DNA of 63,027 nt, filler included, from Catajapyx aquilonaris (lineage: Eukaryota), in assembly GCA_000934665.2 (NCBI GenBank). It is 4 parts of 4 records of this genome, joined end to end, with 100 filler letters (N's around TTAATTAATTAA, not from the genome) between each part and the next. Parts side by side here need not be neighbours in the genome. Positions count along the whole stretch, not along the records: positions 15,795 to 31,484 come from JYFJ02007432.1; positions 31,585 to 47,259 come from JYFJ02007433.1; 2 more parts are not named here. One strand, 5' to 3'. The translations under genes were made by a program, and so were the position numbers. Below the pieces are notes generated by a model, which was not told the origin of the DNA, made no database searches, and saw only the letters and a list, made by a program, of their open reading frames with translations. This document shows, piece by piece, positions 24,001-37,184 of this stretch. The first letter of the stretch is position 1. Each line of letters begins with the position of its first letter.

Positions 24001-26324
24001 TGACATCAGTGGTCAAGAGACGAATTTGTTAAGTTATTTTTTGTACCTGACATCCCTGAAGTGTTCATAAAAAGGGTGCTCTTCATTAAACTTTAAAATA
24101 GCTGAAATATTTTTGCTAGCTCTGGAAATAACTGTCCGGAGAGTAACATTTTAATAATATAACGGTGGTATCCGGTGCCTACTGTCAACGTTGACACTGG
24201 CGTGGGGAACCTGGCAGAGAAGCGCTCCCTCAGGAGTCCAAGAGTAGCTCATTGGAGGCTGGTGGTATATAGACATCAAGCTAAGAATAACTTCACAGTA
24301 CATCTCCACCAAGCAATAATTAAAAAGAAGACCCGCCTCCCCTCGTTATACCTTTAGAACACCTCATTCTTTCCACTTTCCATGCCGTTTTGGACCCTCA
24401 AATCGTGGCCAGGTCTTGCATACAGGAGCGTGGGCAGATTCACAACAATTACTGGAAAAGCCACCTGGGAAAACACACTTAAAAAGTTCACAAGTTTGCC
24501 TCGAAAGAACGTAGTGAGGACGAGGGCGCAGCCAAGGAAGGTACGTTCTAATCTGGCTGTCGACGGTTCTAATCACAGAACTGCTGGGCATTTCGGATAG
24601 AGATTACGTGACTTTTTGAACAGGGGTGCAGAACAAGGAACTTGATGTGACATTAACTTGGATTTTTTCTAGCTAGTAACGAGATGACTGTGATCATGTA
24701 ATACGACTAACTTATGATTCCATAACACCCAGTTTAAATAATCTTAATTTGGGTTTTTACCGCTAGAGTAGTTAGACCACATAAAAAGAAGGCTAACTAC
24801 GAGAATTAAAGAAAGCCGGGAGGGAAGGAGTGTGATTCCCGATAAATTCGGCGAGCTGGCAATCCGTTGCTAATATAATTGATAACATCCGCTAATCGTT
24901 CGGAAGACGATCTATTTTCAGTAGGGCAAGAGGTCCCAGGGGAAAACAAAAATTGCGGCGTGTAGCCTGTATACAGTATAGTAGCCTATTTAATGAGGCA
25001 AGGAAAAGCAATGACCGAAAAACAAATTCTTTAAATTCCATAAAGTCAGCATTTTATATTCAAATGCTGCTTCATTGCAGGGCGGCCATATTTAAGCAGA
25101 CAAATTAGCTCTCACAGTCAGCGTCTTTAAAAAATATGCTTCGAGGCAGAGAATTACAAGAGAAAGAAGCATGCTGCATTATGCATCCATGTGGTGGCAT
25201 CTCTGGACGAAAGTTCAACTGCACGTTCCGGTTGGAAAAATGGGGCAGAGTATTGTTGTTGCATCACTCTTGATGCAGCCTACACCCCACGTTTGTGATG
25301 CCTTGGGTATTTCCCTCCCAAATGTAACGTGATCGCGTCGGTTTGTCTGCGAGAAGAGCAGGATATAGAATTTCTGGTCCGGCAGAATATTTTCCTGACG
25401 CTGTCGTGTTAGAGTATGTGGCAAGATATCCTGGAAATGCGCTCCTTTTCAGAGAAGCCTGCGTCGGTCTGTCTGCAGCAAAAGAAACTTAGCTCTGTAT
25501 TGACCAAGCTCCCAGTCCAAAAGACCCGGATCGGTATTTCTTTTCCAGACCTCCCCATCTCATCTTCATGCTAGAGTGCCTAATAATTCCGTATCCAGAA
25601 ATAAGCATGGCGAATTTTTTTTGTTGGGCAAAGACAAAGCGATCCGAAAATGCAGTTTTCATGGGTGGTGTTCAGGTTCCGCCCCATTTGTCAAGTTCGG
25701 AATCGCAGGGCGGTGTCGGTTTGTGGACAGTGGATTTGGCGAATTGGGCAGAGGCGGTGCATCTCGAGTGCAAACATGTTGATCCCCGGGACCACCCGGA
25801 TTGCCCTCAGGAGGTGTGTATCTCCATTAAGGGTCCAGAGCAGGCATCTCTTTTTCTCCATTTCTCCTGTGTTTTTTTTTTCTTTTTTATCCCGAACCCT
25901 GAGCATCTGCCAGGAAGAAAACTCCTTCCCACGAAGCTCCAGAGAGTTGTGGAAATACACCAGAGAAGGAGGTGTAAGAGGTAAAAGAGGAGGGGGGTCC
26001 AAATGGGAGAAGGGTTTAGGTGGGCACTGCACACTTGCTGGGGCTATCCTAATGATTGAAATGTGTACGGACGGTCGATCTTCTCTTGGCCATTTCCTAG
26101 CTGGTAATTACGTTCAAGGGACTACAAGGTGCACATGTTGACCTCCGGCCATGTGTCAGTTTGGAACTGAGTTATAAACACTGGGTTAGTGCTGTGAATA
26201 AAAATTACTTCATACGGGAATCGGTGTTCGAACAACACCGTGAAACGAGTTTGTCATTTTTGGGGGGAATGTTTTTTAAAATAATTGCTAATGTCCCAAA
26301 CGTATGTAATAAAATCATCATTTC

Positions 26325-26670
26325 TCACAAACTTTGCTTTTGTGATTTACAGTATAATCGTAAATCTCGAAAAACTATTCACTACTAATCTTTCGTGATA
26401 TTTTTTATAACTGTAGTGTAACTGTTGATTCATAATTATTATGTTTTATTCAACTTCATGTGAAAGAAAAGTCGCAAATGGGGAAGTCGCAAATTTTAAC
26501 TTTAAATTTACGACTTTCCCATTTGCGACTTTTCTTTGACATGGAGTTGAATAAAACATAGTTATGAATCAACAGTAACAATATTTATACTACCGTTATA
26601 AAAATACCACGAAAGATTAGTAGTGAATAGTTTTTACTGTCGTGGTCACAAAAACAAAGTTTGAAGGGAA
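26325..26670. repeat. AT-rich fold-back / MITE-like palindrome
   Basis: AAAAACTATTCACTACTAATCTTTCGTG and CACGAAAGATTAGTAGTGAATAGTTTTT, symmetric about ~26500. Confidence 0.7.
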
Positions 26671-27382
26671 TACCGTAATAGCCATTTCCTGTAGGCTACT
26701 TTTGAGACGTAAAAAAATTAGTAAAAATAGTAATAACCTAGGGATTAATATTTTGGTACTTATGTTAGGGTAATTGATGTAAAATTTAATGAAATGTATT
26801 TGTGGCTTAAAATTTATGCAGAAATTTTGGTACCGTGTCAAATGCAAGTTGAAACTGGATTTGTACAGAATCCATTGACAACATTTTAAATTAGCCAGAG
26901 TGTTAGTCAGTTACACTGGACGCTTTATCATAGTAATAAATATTTACATTGAAGAATTAAACAGTAATTGACTAAGTAGATTAATAATAGCCTATTAAAA
27001 ATTCTACCCGAAAGCCTATACTGTCTTGTTAACCCAGCCTTTCATTTCTCCATAGACCCTTCGTTGATACTTAAACTAGGACCCTAGATAAATGCCCCTA
27101 TTTCATGAAGAGTGGCCCCAAGAGCGCTGCCAGTAGTTTCTCTCTATCTTATAAGTTAGTTCAACATTTGATTGTGTTGGAACTTTCTCTTTGTAGTCGG
27201 AGAAGCGTAATAACTTAGCAGGCATGCCTTAGCCTACATCAACATTAGCTCCAGTTTGTACTGTAACTAGTACTAGCTCCAACTAAAACTCCTATAAGTT
27301 ACATTCCGCTTCCATTTTCACATTAGAAGTTGCAACTATTCTGAAGATTTCTGTAGGCTACGTAGGCGTACCCTCGGCGTGC

Positions 27383-27383
<1 letters not shown>

Positions 27384-27456
<73 letters not shown>

Positions 27457-27787
27457 CGTAGGGGTAGTGCTTTTCATCTTATCGGTATCTTCGCACAGAC
27501 CTTTATTATTACTTAATAATTGTACATTACATGACGTACACATTTGGAACCATTGGGCCCACGGGCATGATGACAGGAGGGGATGTGCGAAGTGCAGTGC
27601 CATGTCGTTGCTAATGTCATTTTGTGAACTCCCCCTGGCGGATTAGTCTATGGAAAATCCACCCGAGACGAAGCCAGAGACGACCCACCTCTGCACGAGA
27701 TGAAAGGGGGAACCCCGGGCTGGGATCGAACCCGGGACCTTAACATCCGTGGGCGCATACGTTACCGCAGCACCACTCCGCCTCCCT
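27384..27787 (-). mobile_element. tRNA-derived SINE family B with an expanded (ATT)~24 tail
   Basis: Head nearly identical to the copy at 10238; tail is the (TAA)n run at 27384-27455; TSD GCGTGC[A/C]TAATAATAAT on both sides. Confidence 0.85.
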
Positions 27788-27816
27788 GCGTGCCTAATAA
27801 TAATTACTGTATTATC

Positions 27817-28151
27817 GGGGAAGACGTAGTGACAGAGATGGTAACGTCTCGGCTTGCTGTGCGGAAGGTCGCGGGTTCGATCCCCGCCCGGGAGTTCCCT
27901 TTCACCCTGCGTCATGTCAGTGGGTCTCTGGCCCGCGCCTAAGAAGGCGCCTTGGCAACCTAGCTTTCTGGGTGACTGCACATGACCCATTTCCGACAAT
28001 GCACTTGCGCCTGTGTCCCCTCCCCAAAAATCCCTATCCTAACCCCAGTTCCTTACTTCCCTGCACGGAGAATGAAGAAAAAAGTATAATGGTATGCCAC
28101 CCCCCTATAACGACTCACAGTTGTATCACGGGGTAAAATATATATTTTTTA
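27817..28151 (+). mobile_element. tRNA(Ala-like)-derived SINE, family C
   Basis: GGTTCGATCCCC B-box; 15-bp TSD AATTACTGTATTATC (27802-27816, 28152-28166). Confidence 0.9.
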
Positions 28152-29695
28152 AATTACTGTATTATCAATATCGGTACTTTTTTCTGAATTTTCTATAATC
28201 CACTTCTTCCTATTATTGTGAACTTATAGAGATCCCCCATTGATGACCCGAATAGTGTGTGTAAGTCTCTCCTGTAGGTCCGGAATGTGGCAGAGACAGT
28301 GTATAGGGCGATGGATGTGGGTGTAGATGTTATTGGTTTGGTAATCTAAGCCCTAGCGAGCCGCGCGGGACTTGTTTTAATTAAAATAGTGGATAGGTGT
28401 AAGAGATTTACGGGTCGGCTGCTTTTTGGGGAAGGAAAATCCCGGCATTACACAAAGAGGGTAGGGAGAAGAAGGGGGAGGGGCGCAGGTTTCTAAAGCC
28501 TGTGATTAATGAAGGAATGGCAAGAGCGGTCATTTTGAATCCGTGTCCCTAAGGCCCACCAATCACTGCGCTTCATCCTGCCTGCTAAATCACTTTTCGT
28601 CCTCAGGTCGCCTAAGAGGGGACTTGAGGGCTGGGAATAGAGGGGGTAGGGGGAGGGTAACAAAAAATCTGAACGATAAGTGAACTGCGCCAGCGAAGAA
28701 TTGGTGGAGCTGCCATGCCGATGAAATGGGAATGAGCAGTCAAGGCCTCATTGGGATGCACGCCGGATTCTGGGAAACGGGGACTTTCTGGGCACCAGAA
28801 AGGAATTCACAATTAGCCCCGAATAATCTCTAGGTCTCCCCGCCCCTCCCACCAACCACCCTCTTCTCCCCCCCCCCCCCGTTCCCCACCTTTATATTTC
28901 GTACCACCTATTTTTTATCACCTACTAACTGCCTGTCGTAACACTTAGAACCCTGAGAATGATTTCTTGGAGTGAGCTATTTTTTATTTTAACCATGTAC
29001 CGCGCATTGTTGCCTGACTGCAACAAATAAGCTTCAACGTTGGTCCTGGAAACCAGAGTGTGGCTTGATGTCACAGTTAGTTTGTTGACAAGCAATGTCG
29101 ACAATGATACGATCAGGATATGGTATGAAGCGGAGAGAAGCCAAGGTCATTGAATGGCGCGAAATTTGAATTTGCTGAAGCAGCAATTGTTTCTGGAGCT
29201 GTTTAGATATAGGTTCAGATATTAAATATCCAATAATTACATGTGTAAACTGCAAGGAGTAGCTCTCTCGTCGCCATTTGCGGCCATTCTAATTTTGCCA
29301 GCACAATTTCATCACAATTTCTTGGCGGCGCAGGCACAATATTGCTTGAGGTTTGAGTCCTAAGTCATTGTGCATGTTTTTATTCAAAAACCGTAACATG
29401 TACAGCTATGACCATTACTACGTTCTTAAGGTCCGGCGATTACAATTTGGACTGGAATATAGATGGCCCAGAGATCTCAAGGGGAGCCGGTAAACGAAAG
29501 GGGATCGTGACGCCCACCCCCACCTGGAGCTGCATCATGAGACGGTGGAATGGTGGGGGTTATGATCGGCTTTAGTTTTCTGGCCCCCTTTGCTATATGG
29601 ATGCCATCTATACTGTATATCAGATCAAATATATTGCAATCGCCGGACATTCAAAACTTAGCAACAGTCATCTCTGTATGTGTTACCGTTTTTGA

Positions 29696-29836
29696 TGTAA
29701 TGCCCCTTGGGTCATATCTGGCACACCATTAAGTGCAATTTGGCACTTACAGGAAATATAAAAATTGCAAAAATTGCAAAAATTGCACTAAATGGTGTGC
29801 CAGATATGACCCAGTGAGTGGGCATTACAGGGTTAA
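29696..29836. mobile_element. Short piggyBac-like hairpin MITE remnant
   Basis: TGGGTCATATCTGGCACACC / GGTGTGCCAGATATGACCCA inverted pair; right end ACAGGG|TTAA; left TTAA end missing. Confidence 0.45.
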
Positions 29837-31195
29837 AAAATACTCGCCATGACTTTTGACTCAGCCCATGTAACGTCGAAGTCATTGGGTCAGAGATGAC
29901 CAAAACCTTACGTCGCCTATAATGAGAAAAAGGTGTTAGAATTTTTCTTCCCACAATCCTAAATGTGTGCAGTACAGGGTTAAGCTGATATAAACAGAGA
30001 GCTGCGATACAAATTTTTCATATGCCTGTAAACGTGTCGGAAATCTGGCCGGGATTTTAAACCACCTGCTGACTGGTTGTAACAATTTTCATTGTTTCCA
30101 ACCTTTCTGGTCACATGTATATATAATTTGCCTTGCTATTTTGATATGACATAATTATCATACATATATTAAATTATCTTGGTTTTTGACAACTTGCAGT
30201 ACTGATATAGGTATTCCAAATAATTGTCCCAGTTATCTCACAGTTAGTGCCAATAATGCCTGTGAATTGTCCTACTGGATTTCTAATTCGGGATCCCACT
30301 CCGTTTGTCGGAGGCATTATGTTTCACTCGGTGTTTATGGTAGTGGTTTAGTAAACATCACTAATAAGAGGAAGCAAGGGTGCGATTGAAAAATTGGAGT
30401 GGCGATTTCCAGGCCGCTCCTGCTGCTAGTGCTCCACAACATGTAAATCACCTCATGAATTTTTCAACGCTCCTTAGCAAAACGAAGCCTTCAATCTCCT
30501 TTTGGTGCCCGGAGGATGTTTCCAGAGAAGAGACTTCTATTGGCAACCGGCTCCCGAGGTGTAGGCAGTTGGGGTGGGGGAATGGGGAGAGAACTCAAAA
30601 ACAAGTTTTTCCAACCTCTGACTGAAATGCAGCAACTGTAGTCAGGCGGCTACAGCATCGGGGAAAAGGGAAGGGGGCGGGGAAGGAGGAAGAAATAGGA
30701 AGGGGGGAATGGGGAAGAAAAATCGTTGCTGCAAAAGAAATGTAGTTGAAGTTGCTTGCCTTTCATAAATGTTTTAATGGCAATGAGCATACAGTATTTC
30801 CTGTTAAGGGGGGCGATGCGACATATAACGAACATGATCATTTATTTTAAAGAACTCGTTGAAAAGCCTTATTCAGAATGACGTCTTTGGCATTATTTCC
30901 AAAAATAACGCAATAAGGCCCTTGCCATAACACTAGGCGGAATCTTTGCGACGGAATTTCCGGCGCGGTCCGCTCAAAAATGTCAAACACATGGAAGTAA
31001 ACGGGATTCCGTCGGGATGAGACACACACGACGCTTTTTCCGTCGTTCCGTCGAGCACCAGCGGAAGACACAGCGGAAAAAGTCGGTTCAGTTTTCCGTC
31101 GGGGACAATAATCCCACTGCAATACATTGATTCCGCCGGGGGAATGCCACACTACCAACGGAAAAAGCGGGTTCGCTGGCATGGAAACCAGGGGG

Positions 31196-31356
31196 ATTGG
31201 TAGCTGAAAGGGCCGCAAGGCTGCGGCACGGTCGACGGAAATTCCGCGTGAAAATATTTGACAAAATCGAACCGCGACGGTTTGATTTTGTCAAATATTT
31301 TCACGCGGAATTTCCGTCGACCGTGCTGCAGCCTTGCGGCCCTTTCAGCTACCAAT
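31196..31356. repeat. Near-perfect 161-bp palindrome (MITE-like)
   Basis: ATTGGTAGCTGAAAGGGCCGCAAGG ... CCTTGCGGCCCTTTCAGCTACCAAT; about 2 mismatches and a very short loop. Confidence 0.85.
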
Positions 31357-31484
31357 TTTGGACGGGATTCTCCACAAATTCGGCGGAAGGCTGAGCGGGC
31401 GGAAAACGTGCGATTGGGGCGCGGAATGTGAGTGGTGGCAATTCACAAATTCGGCGGAGGCGCTGCGGGCGGAAACTGGTGCGG

Positions 31485-31584
31485 NNNNNNNNNNNNNNNN
31501 NNNNNNNNNNNNNNNNNNNNNNNNNNNNTTAATTAATTAANNNNNNNNNNNNNNNNNNNNNNNNNNNNNNNNNNNNNNNNNNNN
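31485..31584. other. Artificial contig linker
   Basis: N44-TTAATTAATTAA-N44. Confidence 0.97.
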
Positions 31585-31729
31585 ATGGAGCGGGCAGGCG
31601 CCAATCTGGACCCCCCCCCCCTACTCTCCCCTTCACCGAAAAAGAGAGCCCAGAGGAAGAGAGAATTAGGACCAGGACCAGGGATGTCCATACACACGCA
31701 CACAGCAGCCCCTGTGGCCTATTAGATGT

Positions 31730-31980
31730 GGGGACGTGAAAAGGACAACTTTTCAAAGCTGGTGTAACCTAACCTAGCTAACCTACCCTACCCTACATAA
31801 CCTAGGCTGAGAAAAATGGACTTTTCTAAAACCCTGCAACTGGAAATAGTGGGGACTTGTCCCCACTATACTGCAAAAGCACACCCGCAATTTGCTTGTA
31901 GGGACCGTAAACGTCCCCGCAAGTGGGAAAAATGTCCCCACAGATGAGTTCAAGTCCCCACAGTTACAGTAAAAACAACT
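31730..31980 (+). mobile_element. Helentron/HINE-like non-autonomous element
   Basis: (TAACC)-type microsatellite at about 31765-31805 plus repeated GTGGGGAC / GTCCCCAC short inverted motifs. Confidence 0.45.
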
Positions 31981-32029
31981 ACTTCCGGTCCCACAGCTTA
32001 TTGAAGACAGGTACACACACTGGCTGGTA

Positions 32030-33290
32030 CTTAAACTGGATCTGAACCCCAGGGTGGTCCATCTGAAAGACCAATCAATCATTTTTTGGGCCATTCACAC
32101 GGTCCAGATACAAGTGGACCAGGTCTAGAACCGGTCCAGTTTGCAAAATGAACAATTTGGGGGCATTCACACTGTCCCGATACAAGTGGGCCAGATCCCG
32201 AACAGGTTAGGTTTGCAAAATGAACAATTGGGGGGGTCATACACACGGTCCCAAGAGAAAGTGGGCCAGGTTTAGGATGGGTTCGGTTTATAAAATCACC
32301 AATTAGGGTGTATTCACATGGTAATAATGATAAAATTGAACCCGGTCCATAACGGGTTCAGTTTGCAAAATGAACAATGAGGGCCCTTAACACGATTCGA
32401 GTCAAGGCTGGTTCAGTTCCAGAACGGGTTCGGTTTGAAAATGAGCAATTGGGGACCATTCCCACAATCCCCAGAGAAAGTGGACCAGATCTAGACCGGC
32501 TCAGATTGCAACATGAATTATTGGGGGACATTCACACGGTCCCAATACGAGTGGACCAGGTTTAGATCGGGTTCAGTTTGTAAAAATGCTCAATTGGAGG
32601 CATTTAAACGGTCCATGTAAAAGTGGACCAGGTCTAGATCGGGTACAGTTTGTAAAATGAACAAATGGGGGCATTTGCACTGTTTAAAGAAAAGACTAGG
32701 TCCATAACGGGTTCGATTTTTTAAGATGATCAATTGGAGGCATTCACACGGTACCGATAAAAGTGGACCAGGTCTAGATCGGATTCCGTGTGATGAACCA
32801 TTGAGGGCCAGGTCCAGAACAGGTACGGTTTGCAAAATAAACAATTGGAGTCCAGATAGAAAGTGTACCAGGTCTAGAATGGATTCGGTTTGCAAAATGA
32901 AACCACTATAAATCCATATAAATCTGCTTCTATAGAAGCAGATTTATATGGTCCAGAGAAAGTGGACCAGGTCTAGACCGGGCTCAGATTGCAACATGAA
33001 TTATTGGGGGCAATGACACGGTCCCGATAAAAGTGGACCAGGTTGAGACCAGGTCTTAGATCTGGTTCAGTTTGCAAATTGAACCATTGAGAGCCATTTC
33101 CACGATCCTAATAAAGGTGGGCCAGGTCCAGAACTGGTTCGGTTTCCAAAATGAACAAGTGGGAGCCACTTACACAGTCCATGTAGAGAAGTGAGCTAGG
33201 TCTAGAACTGATTCGGTTTGTACAGTGAATGGTTGTGGAGCTATATTTACACGGTCCTGAGAAAAGTGGGCCAGTTCTAGAACCGACCCC
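32030..33290 (+). repeat. Diverged tandem satellite, ~72-bp unit, about 17 copies
   Basis: Unit approximately CATTCACACGGTCCC..AAAGTGGACCAGGTCTAGA.CGGGTTCAGTTTGCAAAATGAACAATTGGGG; starts near 32091, 32164, 32238, 32312, 32386, 32457, 32529, 32601 and onward. Confidence 0.9.
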
Positions 33291-33699
33291 ACAGACCCTT
33301 ACTTTCATAGTTTGACGCCGTTCACACCTTGTCCGTCACGGCTCGTTTGGTCCAGGCTGCATAATTTTTTTCTGGCGGAACATGCCAGTAAATCACGTTT
33401 CATTATTGTGCGTGCAGCCAAGCCTGTTTGGAGCAATCTCCTCCTGTGCTGTGTAGTGCTTGCCCCGAATAATTGCTGCGCAGAAAATAATCTATTTGTA
33501 GAGTTTGTCAAGTTTATGCATCCTGCTCTGGGTGGGGAAAACAATTACTGGCCTGGCTGCTGTTGGGGACACTGGCGACAGGAGATTCATCCAAAGAGGA
33601 CCACTATCGTTGCAGGCTATGGTCCGCAATTACGTATTGTTTACACCAACTACCCCACCAACTCCAGACGATCCTGGAAGGGATCATCATTTTGACAAT

Positions 33700-34420
33700 C
33701 AGTATACTAATCGGCTAGGTCTGTCTGTCTGCTTGTTTGTCCGGGGTGAGTCATCACCCGCTTAGCCAGGTGCATGTAGTACCAGTAACCCCTGCTTCAC
33801 CTTGAGAGTGGCAGGAGCGTGCAGATATAGGGAAGGTGCGCCATCTACGTGAGGGGTATGGTACTACGTGGACACTGGACAGTCGGGCTCACTACAGTTG
33901 AATTTATGTACAAGCGCAACCGAGTGCGCACCCACATTCGCGCAGCTTCAGAGCCTTGGCAACGTCGCAAACGGCGTAGCGTTGGAAATAAGTGCAGCTG
34001 TTGCTATGGTAACCCCGTTGATATGGACAACGGTTGCCATGTTGGCTCATTGCTATGGCAATCCGTTGCTATGGGAGAGAGAGGGGGGAGGTAGAGAAGT
34101 AAGGGGTGGTAGAGGTGAAGGCGCGGTAGAGGGAGGGGAATGGAACAAACAAACTTTACCTTTTATACATACCCACTATAGTATACCATCTATCATTAAT
34201 AATGCCAACCCTGCACGCTGCGCGAACTGTGGTGCGCACTCGAATGCGCTCGAAAAAATGCATCTACAATCGCCTGTCTGTATGGTAGTTTGTCCGGGGT
34301 GAGTCATCACCCCTTAGCCAGTAAGTACCACTGTCCCCCGCACAACTCTGAGCGTGACAGAGGGGAAATGCGCCATCTATGTGAAGGGTATGGTACTACG
34401 TTGACAGTCTGGTTCACTAG
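33700..34420 (+). mobile_element. Two related short Helitron-like units (about 33700-33895 and 34263-34420)
   Basis: Shared CTGTCTG...TTTGTCCGGGGTGAGTCATCACCC...GCGCCATCTA.GTGA.GGGTATGGTACTACGT; the second starts A|TC and ends CTAG|T; 3' hairpin weak. Confidence 0.45.
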
Positions 34421-35489
34421 TGATAATCATAATCCGATTTGTGCTATTTTTAAAAAAAAACTGAAACGTACAGTCAACTCATTGAACCGTGCAATTACCC
34501 GGTCACCCAGCCCCAATTTTTTATTGCAGTCTGACGTGCAACATCCGTGGAACACAGGGGCCAATTAAAAAGGGTTTACTGAGAACTTGATCGCCATATG
34601 CAGACCAATTGATTGAGCGTCCGAATAATCTGCCTGAACATCTTCATTAATTTTTTTAAAAAAAAATTAGCCACGCCTCCTCGCACCAGTAGAGCAGTGT
34701 TGTAACTAGGCAAAACTTAGAAGGGTCAGTGACTGGGTGGGCTAGGAGTGATTAATGGGCCTATTTTTCTGGGGCGAAGAAAAGAGGGTGATTAATATGT
34801 ATCTTGGAACCGGGTTTTTTTTTTTTAAAGAAGGGGGTGGAGGCTGATCTTTGTTGGGAAGGGGGGGGGGNGGCCTCTTTTGGCTTCATCGCTCTTTTTG
34901 GTCGCTTCCAGACACTCAGAGATTCGGAAGGGGGATGCCACAATGGAGGGAATCCTCACCCGAGCCGGACCCCCAGCCCCCTCCTCACCATTCATACCCA
35001 GGAACGTGATGTTGGAAATAATCTTGGAAATAAAAAAGAGAGAGAGAAAGGACTCGAGAAAAAAAAGTGAGAGAAATCATCAAACGGCGCCATATTTCCG
35101 TATTATTATCACAGCCCCTTTCCCCCTATGCGCATAGGTCGAATAAAAACCTGGATATTTCTCGCCCTGTTTTGCTGCCAGTATTCTCCTACCATAATAT
35201 CCTTATTGTCTGGGGCTGGATTAAAAAATGGTGATCACTTATAGTGTAGAAAACTAAACGACGATCTGACGCCATCGTCACACAACAATACGAGTAAACA
35301 GTCTCAACAAAAAGAAACATTGTTTACTTCTATTGTTGACTGAGAACAAAATGATGACGTCAGATCGTCGTTTTGTTTTCTGCACTTTTTATAACAAGCG
35401 TGTTTACTATGATTATTTACTACTATTATGTATATTATTTTGGTATGATATACTACTGTACATTATCCTGTAGCTATACTTCATTCATT

Positions 35490-35780
35490 CATTCACTTAT
35501 TAGTTATATTTATAGTTACATTTATTTATTTATGTTACATTTATAGTTACATTTATATATTTACGTTACATTTATAGTTACATTTATTTATTTATGTTAC
35601 ATTTATATATTTATGTTACATTTATAGTTACATTTATTTATTTATGTTACATTTATAGTTACATTTATTTGTTTATGTTACATTTATAGTTACATTTATT
35701 TAAGCTATAGTTATATTTATTTAAGTTATATTTATAGTTATGGTTATTTATAGTTATATTTATAGTTATAGTTATTAAAT
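35490..35780 (+). repeat. AT-rich minisatellite (GTTACATTTA-based, ~31-bp higher-order unit)
   Basis: Visible tandem TTATAGTTACATTTATTTATTTATGTTACAT. Confidence 0.9.
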
Positions 35781-37184
35781 AGGTATATTTAATTTGTCGT
35801 CAGTAGTTGTTTATTTTATTGGAGATATTTCTTTTATTGGATATGTTTATTCGGTGTAATTATACGTATATGTGTTAAACGTATTAATTAATTTAGTTAT
35901 TTTATTAATCAGTTAAATTTATTGATTACAGTGTGTATATAAGTTGTATTGTAAGTTATTTATTACATCATTGAAATATTTTCACTCGTTTATTGTACTT
36001 TATTATGTACCAGGTATTACATAATTTTACTGATTTGTTTTATTTTCAGAGGAGATCATTTTACGCATATGACGTATGTGATTTTACTCGTATTATTGAA
36101 TAATCATATAAATATTAGCTAATACTGCTGTTGGAAAGTACAACAGTGTTAAGTTAACACTGTTAACCGAAAGTGCTCAGTGTAGCAGTTATTAGTGGCA
36201 GTTGTCAGCAACATCTATCATTTAAATGTCAGCAGCGGCTTTCGGTATCAGTTATTATTAGCAGTGATTACTAGCGATTCTTTCAGCTGTTTTAAAAATT
36301 TCTACAAGATTTTGAGCACTGTACAGTACATGTATGGTGGTGACTTTATTGTCAGAATAAGTTTGCGATTGTTTACCTATACCAAGTGCATGTTTAATAA
36401 GTAAGAAAACCAACTTGTTGCATCTGGTCGAAGCTGGTTGCTGGGGTGAACAATCTGAATTAAGCTATGACTTTTCCCACTCTAGGACAGTGTGGCCCTT
36501 GTGGACGGAGTGCTCGTCTTTTTTAAAAAAAATCCTCACAATTTCCTGGCCATTTGGCGACAAATGCGTGGGATCCAGGCGGATCCAGCACCTTATGGCA
36601 GAAAATCCGCCAAATTCGCCATCTTGCCCCCCACCACCCCATCTTTATTTTTTTGGGTCAGAGACATAACTGTATATACACAGTACAATTTTTTTCTCTC
36701 CATATAACTAATCTGGCAGCGAACGTGGCCAGCTCTAATGACCAGCAGGGATGTCGTAGGACACACGAGAGAGATTAGAGCATCTCGTGACTTTCATCAC
36801 GAGAAAGGGACTGGATCCACACAGAGGGGTATAAGGAGCAGGAAGAGGAGGAGGAGGAGTGGGGAGGAGGAGGAGGAGGAGGAGGAGATCGATACAGATG
36901 AGGTTACAAGCACGCAACAATCTTTACCACGCCTCAGACAATTTGATCCCATTACCAACTTCCATCAAAGAGTATGGGGGGGATTCCCCAAAACGTGCCC
37001 AGCACTTCCTCTCCCACCCCCTACACACTTCCCATCGCATTTGCCCGTGATTATTGCTACTAATGGCCTCTTATTAATTGGCATCATACAACGTGTTCCG
37101 ATTGAAATGTCCCTACACTGATTAGTCAGTCTCGGCAACAAACAGCATGGCTTCAATAAGTTCTTTTGGAACTGTTATTTTGAA

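Noticed and set aside
21100..25990. Multi-exon protein gene in block 2
   Set aside because: Several plausible AG/GT sites exist (e.g. around 21817, 21887, 21950, 24463), but I could not assemble a sustained frame or recognise a domain; it needs RNA-seq.
27358..27603. Poly-Ile membrane protein ORF (likewise the Tyr/Phe/Leu-rich ORFs at 46326-46691)
   Set aside because: These are translations of an (ATT)n SINE tail and AT-rich low-complexity DNA.
32030..33290. CRISPR-like array
   Set aside because: Whole units are homologous, with no unique spacers and no cas genes; the context is eukaryotic. It is a satellite. The same applies to 44545-45310.
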